From a virus (lineage: Duplodnaviria > Caudoviricetes): DNA of 64,000 bases. The translations under genes and the position numbers were made by a program. The DNA is taken from positions 636 to 64,635 of IMG/VR virus record IMGVR_UViG_3300010429_001521; one strand, written 5' to 3'. Each line of letters starts with the position of its first letter. Positions within the stretch are counted from its first letter, which is position 1. A model generated the notes under the pieces. The model saw only the letters and a list, made by a program, of their open reading frames with translations. It ran no database searches and was not told the DNA's origin. Shown here in pieces: positions 36,181-46,491 of this stretch.

Positions 36181-37161
36181 ATGAAAATTATTCCAATCAC
36201 ATTGGAGACTCAACAACGTTTATTCAATAGTCAAAAATTATTTGATTCTTGGATTCCAGAGTTACCATCCATTTATCAAATTGAAGTAATGTCACGTTGT
36301 AATTTTAAATGCCAATTTTGTCAGACTGGCATTCGTGATACTCCGTATGCGGGTGATGCATTTATTAATGAAGCTTTATTTCAAACGATTGTTGAACGAG
36401 ATTTAGGTGGTAGTTCATTTATCGAATTACAATTTCGGGGTGAACCCACACTCAATAAAAATTTAAATAAATACGTAAATCTTTTACGTAAAAAAGTTTT
36501 TGTGGGATTTTCCACGCATGGAAATTTATTGCACCATGAACATGCATTCAATGCAGCATTGAACAGTCATTACGTAACAATCTCAATGGATGCTGGAACT
36601 AAAGAACTTTACGAACAATATCGTTTGGGAGGTGTTTGGGAACAGTTATTATTAAATATTGGTAAATTATTAGAATATCGTAGCACTTTCTTTTTTCCAA
36701 TTATTGATTTTCAATTCATTGAGTTTGATGGATTCGAAGATCAAGTGAAAGAGTTTAAAGTTTTAGCAAGAAAATTGGGTTGGATGTATCCCGATAAAGA
36801 TCAATTTTATCTTAATTCAAAAAGTACTCGAATTCGTACTATTAAAGATACGCAAGCAAAAGCCCCAAATAGCCATTTTACGGAGCTTTGTACGAACCCA
36901 TGGTATAGCGTCAGCATTAAAGCGGATGGAGCCGTGGTGCCATGCTGCATGGCGTTTAACGATGAACCGGACATGGTATATGGCAACTTGCATGAACAGA
37001 CACTCAAAGACATTTGGAACAGTGACAAAGTTAAAGAGTTTCGATTAAATCATCAATACAGTCAAAATTTACCCGTCACATGTCAAACATGTTATGCACG
37101 ATCTCCACATAATTTACACCAAAATATCTTAAATGAAATTTTAAAGTTAAAGGTGTTGTGA
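36181..37161 (+). CDS. Radical SAM / SPASM-domain protein
   Basis: RCNFKCQFC, GEPTL, STHG; CTNPWYSVSIKADGAVVPCC...CQTC. Confidence 0.9.
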   Translation: MKIIPITLETQQRLFNSQKLFDSWIPELPSIYQIEVMSRCNFKCQFCQTGIRDTPYAGDAFINEALFQTIVERDLGGSSFIELQFRGEPTLNKNLNKYVNLLRKKVFVGFSTHGNLLHHEHAFNAALNSHYVTISMDAGTKELYEQYRLGGVWEQLLLNIGKLLEYRSTFFFPIIDFQFIEFDGFEDQVKEFKVLARKLGWMYPDKDQFYLNSKSTRIRTIKDTQAKAPNSHFTELCTNPWYSVSIKADGAVVPCCMAFNDEPDMVYGNLHEQTLKDIWNSDKVKEFRLNHQYSQNLPVTCQTCYARSPHNLHQNILNEILKLKVL

Positions 37162-38660
37162 TGAGTTTTAATGCTCAGCTAGAAAAATACAAAAGAAAAC
37201 AAATAAATCTTCAAAATTTAAAGTGGAAAAATCTTCCACAAGAATTAACGGATGCTGAAGAACTTTATCAGTATCCAGAAGATGACATTGTATTTAAAGA
37301 TTTTGTAGTGAGCACTGACAGTGGAGCACATTCTTTATATAAAGAACATTTTGTGGTTGGAGATAAGATCTCCACACAAGCTCGACTCAATGCCGATTAC
37401 AGTTACATTAAAACCAATGAATTTAAAAAATTCTTGGATAATTATATTGAACATTGTCATCAATTTAAAGATCTATATAAATTTTATGTGACGTTAGATA
37501 TTATTAATAATCCAGAAGAAAGTTGGAAAATTACGGAATATATCGAAAGTTGTGGCTTGACCCCCATGCCCGTGTTTCATAACGGTGAAGACATTCATTG
37601 GTTGGAACGGATGGTGGAAAAATATCCATATATAGGAATTTCAGGTCTTGGACAAGATATTGTAAAAGCCAAATTTAAACCTTTTGGTGATGCTTGTTTT
37701 AAAGTGATTTGTGATAAACACGGAAAACCCAAATGTAAGGTGCATGGATTTGCGATGGGCGCACCTGAAATTATTAAAATGTATCCATGGTTTTCGGCGG
37801 ATCAAAGTACCTGGACTTACATGGCGCGAGTAGGAAGTCTTTTGGTTCCCAAACCCATTATCAATGGTACGGAATTGGTAGATTATGATTATCTGAATAT
37901 GTATAAAGTCATTCCCGTCACTCGGCGTCGAGATGTGGAACCTCATTATATTGACAATCTGAGTGAAACGGCTCGATTTTATGTCCAACATTATTTAGAT
38001 ATTAATAATATCTGTGTAGATGCGATTAAAGATTCATATCATTGGCGAGATGTAGCGAACATTCGATTGTTCAACAATATTCAACTTCATGCCAAACAAT
38101 GGTATAAAGAGCGTTTTGATTATGAAGAAGGTGGCAATATTTATTTTGCTGGAACTGCATCGGGTGCGGGAACCAATCGTAGTCGTTTGATTCGTTTAAT
38201 GCATGATATTAAGATTGATAATATTAACTGGTTGGTTACGCCCGTATATCCACAACATGCAGAAAATGTACGAATCTTAGCTCAATCATGGTTAAATGGA
38301 CAGTGTTGGAAAGAACATTGGAATGAAAAACAAGCCAGTAAAGTGCGTAAATCCAATGTCTTTGTTAAAAATGTTATTGACAAACCCAAAGTGGTGCGTA
38401 AACCACTGGTTATTAGACGACCTCCCGTTGAAATCGAATTAACGGTAACGTATACCGTAAAAGATATTGTTGACGTTTCCAAATACGGAGTCATGCCATT
38501 ATCCGCTATTGCACAAAATATTGTGAAAGAACTTTCGCAACAACGTATTGAACCTTACTTAACTCAAGAACCCAGTGTAAAGACTGTTCTTCGATTAAAT
38601 AACGAACAGGTATGTGCTGATAACACAACCAAACTTCCACCCAAAAATGGATTCTTCTAA
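37158..38660 (+). CDS. TGT/DpdA-like base-exchange enzyme (putative DNA transglycosylase)
   Basis: DSGAHS, YVTLDII, PMPVFH, YIGISGL, KVHGFA, WFSADQSTW; folE/queD neighbourhood. Confidence 0.6.
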   Translation: MMSFNAQLEKYKRKQINLQNLKWKNLPQELTDAEELYQYPEDDIVFKDFVVSTDSGAHSLYKEHFVVGDKISTQARLNADYSYIKTNEFKKFLDNYIEHCHQFKDLYKFYVTLDIINNPEESWKITEYIESCGLTPMPVFHNGEDIHWLERMVEKYPYIGISGLGQDIVKAKFKPFGDACFKVICDKHGKPKCKVHGFAMGAPEIIKMYPWFSADQSTWTYMARVGSLLVPKPIINGTELVDYDYLNMYKVIPVTRRRDVEPHYIDNLSETARFYVQHYLDINNICVDAIKDSYHWRDVANIRLFNNIQLHAKQWYKERFDYEEGGNIYFAGTASGAGTNRSRLIRLMHDIKIDNINWLVTPVYPQHAENVRILAQSWLNGQCWKEHWNEKQASKVRKSNVFVKNVIDKPKVVRKPLVIRRPPVEIELTVTYTVKDIVDVSKYGVMPLSAIAQNIVKELSQQRIEPYLTQEPSVKTVLRLNNEQVCADNTTKLPPKNGFF

Positions 38661-39727
38661 TGAATTTAAATACGTTAAAAATCACATTAGATCAAGCTAA
38701 AAATTTTTTAGCGACCCAAGATTTTATTGCAATCTTGCAACATTTTGCATTTGATGATGATACCGTTACAGCATACAACGATATTACCGCATGTAAACTC
38801 TCTTTAAATACGGGATTGCAATGTACCATTCCAGGTAATCTTTTAATTCGTTTATTGAACACCTTAAAAAATGAAGATGTTGAAATTGAAAAATCAAAAA
38901 CCAATACGCATGTGCATGTCATTTGTGGGCGAAATAAAACCAAATTGCCCATGTTACCTTTGGAAGAATTTGTTTTTAAACTGCCCGAATTAAAAGAAGC
39001 TCCCATTGAAATTCCAGCAGAGTGCATTGAAGGGATTAAAAAATGTTTAGTGAATGTCGGTGCGAATCCCACACGACCAGAATTTAATGGCATTAATTTA
39101 ATCATGGCGAGTGATTCATTATGTTTATATTCCAGTGATGGAGATACCATTAGTCAATTTAAGTTGATGGATACATTTCCCATTAAACCAACTGAAGAAG
39201 TGCAAGTCATTTTACCATCATTCTTTTGTACCCAACTGAGTTCGTTGCATGGACCTTTAGCGGGAAAAGAATCCAATGTTCCCATGCAGTTTTCCAAGCA
39301 ATGGGCCATTGCTGATTTAAGTAACAATCAACTCTTTACTCGTGTTATTGATCGTAAAGCGCCCAAGTACGAAGAAACAGTTAGTAAATTTTGTCCAGAT
39401 ATTGATGAATTGGAATTGTGGGATATTCCATTAGAACTGGAATCAGTCGTTAATCGCCATACGATTTTTTTAGATCCACAATCCGGGATTACCACAACAA
39501 CGTTCACTGTATCCGGTGATGAATTGGATGTGAAAACAGTTTCGCAAGTGGGAACATGTCATGACATTTTACAGCTTCCCGTAAGCTTGGGCCAATTCAC
39601 CTTTGCGGTAGATCCTAATTATTTATTACGGGGATTTAAAATTTGTAAAAAGATCACATTTCAATCCCATGTAGTCATTTTACAAGCCGATCATTTTATT
39701 CATCTCATCGCACCAAAACCTTTATAA
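38660..39727 (+). CDS. dnaN: DNA sliding clamp (beta/DnaN-like)
   Basis: 355 aa; ILQHFAF, IPGNLLIRLL, LPMLPLEEF, RPEFNGINL, SSDG, FTRVID. Confidence 0.75.
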   Translation: MNLNTLKITLDQAKNFLATQDFIAILQHFAFDDDTVTAYNDITACKLSLNTGLQCTIPGNLLIRLLNTLKNEDVEIEKSKTNTHVHVICGRNKTKLPMLPLEEFVFKLPELKEAPIEIPAECIEGIKKCLVNVGANPTRPEFNGINLIMASDSLCLYSSDGDTISQFKLMDTFPIKPTEEVQVILPSFFCTQLSSLHGPLAGKESNVPMQFSKQWAIADLSNNQLFTRVIDRKAPKYEETVSKFCPDIDELELWDIPLELESVVNRHTIFLDPQSGITTTTFTVSGDELDVKTVSQVGTCHDILQLPVSLGQFTFAVDPNYLLRGFKICKKITFQSHVVILQADHFIHLIAPKPL

Positions 39728-39737
39728 GGAATAAGCA

Positions 39738-40364
39738 ATGGGATTTTTCTTTGCTGAGGCTGATGAAAAGACTTCTAAACAAAAAAAGAATATTCCTCTT
39801 AACTCTGCTCGTGAATTAGGTTGTCGAGTTTGTCCTTTAAAAAAGGAAGCGAAGCATCCCGATTTACCACCCAATGGATCAGATCATCCTGCTTTTTATT
39901 TTTTGGGAGATACACCCGATACTGAAGATGATCAAAATCAACAAATTTTGAGTGGTAAAATGGGAGAAAAATTGAAAGAACAAATCCCCGCTAAATGGCG
40001 AGATCGTGTTCGTTTTAATACCGTCATTCGTTCAGCAACTCCATCTTCTCGAAAACCTGATGAAGTGGAAATTGAATGTTGTAGAAATTCTATTATAGCA
40101 GATATTGAAAAAACCAAACCAGCTATCTTAGTGACGTTGGGAACAGTTGCATTGCAATGGATTTTACAACAATCCGATGTAGCTAAATGGCGGGGACGTT
40201 TTGTACCCGTTAAAGTTGGACAACATATCTGTTGGTTATATCCCATGTACCATCCAAAAGATATTCAATTTAAGCAACGAATATCTTCAAATGGCAATAT
40301 TATTCAAACGGAGTGGGATCATATCTTTGCTTTCGATTTTAAAACATTATTTGAATCTGCTTAA
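39738..40364 (+). CDS. Uracil-DNA glycosylase-like domain (family 4 type), separate from Pol
   Basis: CRVCPL, FLGDTP, CCRNSIIADIEKTKPAILVTLG, MYHP. Confidence 0.8.
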   Translation: MGFFFAEADEKTSKQKKNIPLNSARELGCRVCPLKKEAKHPDLPPNGSDHPAFYFLGDTPDTEDDQNQQILSGKMGEKLKEQIPAKWRDRVRFNTVIRSATPSSRKPDEVEIECCRNSIIADIEKTKPAILVTLGTVALQWILQQSDVAKWRGRFVPVKVGQHICWLYPMYHPKDIQFKQRISSNGNIIQTEWDHIFAFDFKTLFESA

Positions 40365-40379
40365 TACTGGAGATTAACC

Positions 40380-42326
40380 ATGAAAAACATGTTATCAACA
40401 TCTCCAACATTAATTGAATCCGGTTATTTGGATCATGTGTACTGGAGTGAAGGTTTAAAATCCGATAAAGAACTTAAAAAAATATTGAATTGGCTGACTG
40501 AATTTGCCAATGAGAAATATGTTGCATTTGACTATGAAACGAACTGTTTGCGTCCATTTGAAGTCGATTCACGATTGCTGACCATTGCTATTGCTAATGA
40601 TAAAAAATCTTGTGCGTTTCCCATTGAATATAAAAATGCATGGTCAAGCGAACAATTGACGACATTGAAAAAAGCATTAAAGACTTTCTTCAAAAGTTCT
40701 GTTAAAAAGATTTGTCATAATGTTAAATTTGAAATGGAATGGACAGCAGAGCGTTTTGGAACAGATTTATTATACAATGACACTTGGGAAGATACTCAAG
40801 CACAAGCGTATGTACTGGACGAACGACGCGGAATGCTGAATTTAGATGCATTAGTTAAAGTCTATTTTGGATTTTGGTTAAAAGAATTATCCAATTTAGA
40901 TCGTTCACGCATGGAAAGTTATCCACTGGAAAAAATACTTCCGTACAATGGATTGGATTCTAAATGGACTTTAAAATTGTTTCATCAACAAGATCAATTA
41001 GTCAAACAAGAATCAAAATTATATAAAATTTATCAGATGTTATTAACATCTGCAGCTAGTTTAACAGCGACACAATGCCGTGGTGTGGTATTGGATTATA
41101 ACAATCATGCAGAGTTAGCTAAACAATTCAAAGATGAATTGTTGGACATTGAAAATGGTATTCAACAATTACCAGAAGTCAAACAATTTCATGATCGTTT
41201 TGGACTCGCATTCAATCCAGGATCTCCTGATCATGTTTTGAGATGTTTAAAAAACATCATGGGATTGGATCATGAGTTACAAAAAGACACTGGTAAATAT
41301 AGCACCGATGAATCCATACTATCCACATTAACGGATGTAGAACTTGCTCAAAAGATATTAGATTATCGGGGAATGAGTAAAAAGATTTCAACATATATTG
41401 AACCGTATCCGCAATATGTATTAGCCGATGATCGCATTCATACCAATTACAATTTGTATGAAACTAGTACTGGAAGACTTTCAGCAAATGACCCAAATCT
41501 TCAGCAAGTACCTTCCAAAACTGGAAAAGAAATTCGTCGAATGATTGGTGTTCCAAAAGATCATTGGATGGTATGTTCAGATTATGGACAAATTGAAGCT
41601 CGGATTATTGGTGTGGCTAGCCAAGATGAAGAATTCTGTAAAGCGTTGTGGGAAGATTATGATGTTCACATGGAATGGGCTAAACGCATTGCTGAAGAAT
41701 ATCCAAAAGTAGTGGGCGGTCAATCCAAGTTAAAAGATAAAGCCGCAATGAAAAAGTTCAGGGCTAAAGTAAAGAATTTGTGGGTGTTTCCCGCATTTTA
41801 TGGAGCCAGTCCCCATTCCATTTCAAAAGGAATCGGTGTTCCGTTAGACATCGTACAAGATGTATTTCGTGATTTTTGGCGAACATTCCGGGGTGTCAAG
41901 CGCTGGCAAAAATGGATTTTAAGTAGGTATGATAAATTGGGATATGTGGAAACATTGACTGGAAGGCGGCGTCACGCACCCATGACGATGAATGCGGTAT
42001 TGAATGCATCCATCCAAGGTTTTGCTTCAGATATTTGTTTGGATGCTTTGTGTCGTTTAGATCGTTTGGGTATTCAAACGGTGATGATTATCCATGATGA
42101 TGTAACATCTTATGTGCATGATAATGATTTGGAAGAAGCTATTCCACTCATTGCAGAAGAGATGTGTAAAGTACCATTTCCATTTATCAATGTTCCCATT
42201 GCGGTGGAAATGACGTGTGGAAAAAACTGGTTTGATCAGGAAGAAATCGGTACATTTAAATCTACCGAATTTCATCATGTTCCCCATAAGTTGCAAGACT
42301 TCACTAAGCTTTATGACTTTACTTGA
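40380..42326 (+). CDS. polA: Family A DNA polymerase with 3'-5' exonuclease
   Basis: FDYET, HNVKFE; TGRLSANDPNLQQVP, DYGQIEAR, R..K...F..FYG, NASIQG, IHDD. Confidence 0.95.
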   Translation: MKNMLSTSPTLIESGYLDHVYWSEGLKSDKELKKILNWLTEFANEKYVAFDYETNCLRPFEVDSRLLTIAIANDKKSCAFPIEYKNAWSSEQLTTLKKALKTFFKSSVKKICHNVKFEMEWTAERFGTDLLYNDTWEDTQAQAYVLDERRGMLNLDALVKVYFGFWLKELSNLDRSRMESYPLEKILPYNGLDSKWTLKLFHQQDQLVKQESKLYKIYQMLLTSAASLTATQCRGVVLDYNNHAELAKQFKDELLDIENGIQQLPEVKQFHDRFGLAFNPGSPDHVLRCLKNIMGLDHELQKDTGKYSTDESILSTLTDVELAQKILDYRGMSKKISTYIEPYPQYVLADDRIHTNYNLYETSTGRLSANDPNLQQVPSKTGKEIRRMIGVPKDHWMVCSDYGQIEARIIGVASQDEEFCKALWEDYDVHMEWAKRIAEEYPKVVGGQSKLKDKAAMKKFRAKVKNLWVFPAFYGASPHSISKGIGVPLDIVQDVFRDFWRTFRGVKRWQKWILSRYDKLGYVETLTGRRRHAPMTMNAVLNASIQGFASDICLDALCRLDRLGIQTVMIIHDDVTSYVHDNDLEEAIPLIAEEMCKVPFPFINVPIAVEMTCGKNWFDQEEIGTFKSTEFHHVPHKLQDFTKLYDFT

Positions 42327-42382
42327 TACTTGATAAATGTTAAACTACAACTCCACCGAGTTGTAGTTAATTCATAACTGAA

Positions 42383-42580
42383 TTGGAGATCAAAATGCTA
42401 ATTACGTGGAAAGTAGATTATGGTTATGTCAACAATGGGCCACATCAGATTCATATTGATGATGCGGATTTAGAGGAATGTGAAAATGACGAGGAACGTG
42501 AAAATTTTATTGAAGAAGTCATTCAAAATGAGTTTGAAAATAACGTGAGTTGGTATATCGTCAGCCGTGATCAACAATAA
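42383..42580 (+). CDS. Small acidic protein
   Basis: 65 aa. Confidence 0.5.
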   Translation: MEIKMLITWKVDYGYVNNGPHQIHIDDADLEECENDEERENFIEEVIQNEFENNVSWYIVSRDQQ

Positions 42581-42758
42581 AACCGCCAAAGAGTGTTTAT
42601 CCATTATCTGGACCGCTTTTGATGATAATTCAGAAGCGGCTATCCAGTTGCTCATGCAACTCAGCCAAGTCAAAGGAAATCAGAGTTTTCATGATTCCAT
42701 GCGCTTGCTGTTAGATCTAGCTAAAGCTCAACATAAGGATCTTGTCAAAGATGAGTGA
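42567..42758 (+). CDS. Hypothetical protein
   Basis: 63 aa. Confidence 0.4.
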   Translation: MINNKTAKECLSIIWTAFDDNSEAAIQLLMQLSQVKGNQSFHDSMRLLLDLAKAQHKDLVKDE

Positions 42759-42990
42759 ACTTAAACAAATCATTGTTTTTGATCCAGCACATTATGAACC
42801 AGGTGCAACATGTGTTCCTTTATTAGTTCCTAAAGAACTAGATTTAAAAACTGAATACCAACGAATGGTAAGTCAATTTCCACCAAACCAATGTAGAGAA
42901 ACATTTGATCATTGGTTGCGGCATCAGTGTCATGCTACAGATGTAACTATTGATGTTTTTGATGTTGATTTAGGTGACTTAAGGACTTAA
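42742..42990 (+). CDS. Hypothetical protein
   Basis: 82 aa. Confidence 0.45.
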   Translation: MSKMSELKQIIVFDPAHYEPGATCVPLLVPKELDLKTEYQRMVSQFPPNQCRETFDHWLRHQCHATDVTIDVFDVDLGDLRT

Positions 42991-42992
42991 AG

Positions 42993-43940
42993 ATGAGTAA
43001 TCAAGATTTACATGTCAAATATCGTCCCGAAACATTTGATGAGATGATTGGACAAGATCATGTTGTGCAATCATTGAAATCTTTGTTTGAACAAAAAACA
43101 TATCCCCATGCATACCTGTTTACGGGTAGTTCGGGAACCGGGAAAACTACCGTATCTCGTATTGTAGCCAAAATGTTGGGATGTGATTATCAAAATATTT
43201 TAGAAATTGATGCTGCATCTTTTGGTAAAGTAGAAGATATTCGTGAATTGGTAGCACGTTTGGATTATGCCACGTTTGGTACAAATCCTTTAAAATATAT
43301 CATTATCGACGAAGCCCATGCGTGTACAAAATCTGCATGGCAGGCTTTTTTGAAAACCATTGAAGAACCACCGCCCCATGTATATTTTGCATTTTGTACC
43401 ACGGAAGCGGACAAAGTACCAGACACTATTAAAACACGTTGTCATACATACACTCTTCGTGATGTGTCCATTGATAATTTAGTTGAATTAGTTAGTGTTA
43501 TTGCCGAAGCTGAAGATATTAAACTGAATGATAAAGCTTTAAGTGTCATTGCTCAAGCGGCACAAGGGAGTCCACGTCGCGCACTCACATACTTATCCAA
43601 GTGCCGGGGTTGTGATTCAGTTGAAGATGTGCGTAATGTATTAGAAGAGCCGGATGAAGAAGGTGAAGTGATTGAGTTGTGTCGTTTATTAGTGGGAAAA
43701 GTTCAACCTACATGGAAAAATACCATGCGAATTATTAATTCTTTACAAGCACAAAATCCAGAGTCCATTCGTTTGATTATTATCAATTATATGGCAAAGG
43801 TCGTTATGAATGCTAGATCTGATGGAGATGCTTTAAAGATTTTAAATGTGATGAATGCATTTAGTCGTCCATACAATTCCAGTGAAAAGTTTGCACCTTT
43901 ATTACTTTCACTGGGTGAACTTATTTTTGGAGATGAATAA
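42993..43940 (+). CDS. dnaX: Clamp loader subunit (DnaX gamma/tau-like AAA+)
   Basis: KYRPETFDEMIGQDHV, GSSGTGKTT, IIDEAH, KTIEEPP, TIKTRC. Confidence 0.92.
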   Translation: MSNQDLHVKYRPETFDEMIGQDHVVQSLKSLFEQKTYPHAYLFTGSSGTGKTTVSRIVAKMLGCDYQNILEIDAASFGKVEDIRELVARLDYATFGTNPLKYIIIDEAHACTKSAWQAFLKTIEEPPPHVYFAFCTTEADKVPDTIKTRCHTYTLRDVSIDNLVELVSVIAEAEDIKLNDKALSVIAQAAQGSPRRALTYLSKCRGCDSVEDVRNVLEEPDEEGEVIELCRLLVGKVQPTWKNTMRIINSLQAQNPESIRLIIINYMAKVVMNARSDGDALKILNVMNAFSRPYNSSEKFAPLLLSLGELIFGDE

Positions 43941-44476
43941 TGGAATCATGGGTATCACAACAAGATTTAACTGATTTAAAGTTGTATCATCAATGTACGG
44001 TCGGTTTACAGTTCAATAAACATGAACTGGATGAAGCAATTCTCCACCATGGAGAGTTGTTTTTTACAGTAAGTGAAAGAGTTGCTAACTACTCTTCCAT
44101 TCGGGATGAAGCTAAAAAACGGATGGAAGAATCTTATGCACGAAACAGTTTACGTATTCGTGAACAAGCGACTGAAGAAGGTCGTAAATTGACTGAAGAT
44201 TTAGTTAAACAACTCACTTTATTGGATGATGATTATAAAGAAGATTCAATATGTTATCTTCGTGCTAAATGGGAAACCGATGTATGGACTGCATTGAAAG
44301 ATGCATATAATGCACGAGGTTATATGATTAAGGAAATGGCTGAATTATGGAAAGCCAGTTACTTTAATACGGAAGCAATTAAAGGAGGAACTGAAGATGT
44401 TCAATATGAAATACAAAGAGCTAAACTTGCTGAAAATCGTAAACCATTTAAAGATTTACTAAAACGACGAACTTAA
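43940..44476 (+). CDS. Coiled-coil protein, UvsY-like recombination mediator candidate
   Basis: Helical 178 aa before SSB; GRKLTEDLVK...ALKDAYNARG. Confidence 0.45.
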   Translation: MESWVSQQDLTDLKLYHQCTVGLQFNKHELDEAILHHGELFFTVSERVANYSSIRDEAKKRMEESYARNSLRIREQATEEGRKLTEDLVKQLTLLDDDYKEDSICYLRAKWETDVWTALKDAYNARGYMIKEMAELWKASYFNTEAIKGGTEDVQYEIQRAKLAENRKPFKDLLKRRT

Positions 44477-44524
44477 TCAGGTATAACTATTCCGTAACTT
44501 CATCAATTTTAAAGAGATACTGCA

Positions 44525-45577
44525 ATGCCAAAACAAGATCGTAAACTGAACTTCAAACGTCGTTCTTTTGAAGCCAACAAAAAACGTTCCGAACAATGGG
44601 GCAACTTGCGTGATTCGTATTTAACGGATCATGTGAGTATGTGGAAACCCAGTGATGGAGAAAATTGTATTCGTATTCTTCCAGCGACATGGGATGATGC
44701 GGAACATTTTGGTTTAGATATTTTTGTTCATTACAATGTGGGGCCGGACAGTTCCGCGTTTTTAGATTTGAAGCGGATGAAAGGGGAACCTGATCCCATT
44801 ACCGAAGCGTGTGAAGCCGCGATTGCTGAAGGGGATGATGAGTATGCCAAAGAGCTACGTAGCGTCAAACGAGTGTTGGTGTATTTGATTGATCGTGATA
44901 AGCCCAAAGAAGGTGTACAGATGTGGGCGATGCCATGGACGGTGGACAAAGATATCGCTACACAATCTACTGATTCCCGTACTCGTGAATTGTTGTACGT
45001 TGATGATCCCGATGATGGTTATGATTTGTATATTACCCGTGAAGGAACTGGCGCACGAACCAAGTACACGGTTAAGATTGCTCGTACTCCCAGTCCCATT
45101 GAACTGGATGATACTGCCATGGATATCTTGGAAAACCATCCATTGACGAATTGCTTGGTTTTCCACACATACGAACATATTGCTCAAGTGTTCAGTGGGA
45201 AAAAGCCATCTAAATCTGTTGTAGAAGAAACACCCAAAGCCACTGCTAAAAAAGCAGCTAAAGAACAACCTGATGTTGAAATTCCCACGTATGCTGAACT
45301 CATGTTGTTTGATGAAGATGCTTTGTTTGATTTAATCGAAGCTTTGAATTTAGACGTTGATGCGTCGGTGGCTGAATCGGTTGAAGAGCTACAGGAACTC
45401 GTAGCTAAAACTTTAAACTTGGAAAAACCAAAACCCGCTGCACGACGGACTTTCGCTAAGAAAGAACCGGAACCCCAAGTGGAAGAGGATGAAGCGGAAG
45501 AAGCTCCGGTTGAAGAATCAGCAAGTAAGGCGGGGTTGTCAAGTCGGTTAGCCAGTTTACGGAATCGTAACAAGTAG
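44525..45577 (+). CDS. Single-stranded DNA-binding protein (gp32-like)
   Basis: WKPSDGENCIRILP, HYNVG, DPDDGYDLYITREGTG; acidic C-terminal region. Confidence 0.75.
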   Translation: MPKQDRKLNFKRRSFEANKKRSEQWGNLRDSYLTDHVSMWKPSDGENCIRILPATWDDAEHFGLDIFVHYNVGPDSSAFLDLKRMKGEPDPITEACEAAIAEGDDEYAKELRSVKRVLVYLIDRDKPKEGVQMWAMPWTVDKDIATQSTDSRTRELLYVDDPDDGYDLYITREGTGARTKYTVKIARTPSPIELDDTAMDILENHPLTNCLVFHTYEHIAQVFSGKKPSKSVVEETPKATAKKAAKEQPDVEIPTYAELMLFDEDALFDLIEALNLDVDASVAESVEELQELVAKTLNLEKPKPAARRTFAKKEPEPQVEEDEAEEAPVEESASKAGLSSRLASLRNRNK

Positions 45578-45587
45578 TTTGCATGAT

Positions 45588-45626
45588 AACAATCAACTCG
45601 CTATTAAAAGTGAGTTGATTGTTTTA
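45588..45626 (+). terminator. Hairpin terminator
   Basis: AACAATCAACTC/GAGTTGATTGTT then T-run. Confidence 0.6.
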
Positions 45627-45637
45627 GGAGATTGTGA

Positions 45638-46483
45638 ATGTCCAATCAAGCTAATTATATATATCAAAATATGATTTCTCATCTGATGTTGTCAGGTGAA
45701 TTGATTCATACTCGTAACTCTGATTCTTATTCTTGTATTGATTATCCAAGAATTACATTTACAAAAACACCTTTAATCACAATTCGTAAAACTGCTTGGA
45801 AAAAAGCATTGCGTGAAATGGAATGGTTTATGTCTGGTGATATTAAATGTCCAGATGAACTTATGGATTGGTGGGATGGACAATTGGGATACGGTAATAT
45901 GTACCGTGGTGGTTATTCAGATCAATTTAGAAAGAGCGGTCATACATATCATCATCAGTTTGATCAAATCAAATACATTTTAGATGGCTTAAAAAGCAAT
46001 CCAAATTCTCGACGACTCATTGCCACGACTTGGAAACCGTGGGACATGGCAAACATTACCGAAATCAACAGTAACCCACATACACCTTCTACATGCCACG
46101 GCACACTCATTCAATTCTTTATTCGTGAAAATAAAGTTCACATGACTGTCGTGCAACGCAGTGCAGATGTGTTATTGGGTGTACCCCACAATTGGGTTCA
46201 ATACTGGGCACTGCTGTTGTATTTTTCGTTTCATTCAAATCTTAAAGTGGGTTCTTTGATGTGGTTATTTGGTGATTTACATTTGTATGATGAAGATTCA
46301 CATATTGCTACCGCACAACAGATTGTACAATGTCAACCTTTTAAAGATGTTTATCACGAAATAAAGTATCAATTTAGTGATGAAAATCTTTTAAATTGTC
46401 CTAAATTTAAAGCATCAGATTTTTCAATGGATGGTTTAATACCACAGCCCATTGTCTTAACTCGTCCCAAATTGTTGGCTTAA
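45638..46483 (+). CDS. thyA: Thymidylate synthase
   Basis: EMEWF, NSRRLIATTW, TCHG, QRSADVLLGVPHN, GDLHLY. Confidence 0.85.
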   Translation: MSNQANYIYQNMISHLMLSGELIHTRNSDSYSCIDYPRITFTKTPLITIRKTAWKKALREMEWFMSGDIKCPDELMDWWDGQLGYGNMYRGGYSDQFRKSGHTYHHQFDQIKYILDGLKSNPNSRRLIATTWKPWDMANITEINSNPHTPSTCHGTLIQFFIRENKVHMTVVQRSADVLLGVPHNWVQYWALLLYFSFHSNLKVGSLMWLFGDLHLYDEDSHIATAQQIVQCQPFKDVYHEIKYQFSDENLLNCPKFKASDFSMDGLIPQPIVLTRPKLLA

Positions 46484-46491
46484 GGTGTTAT

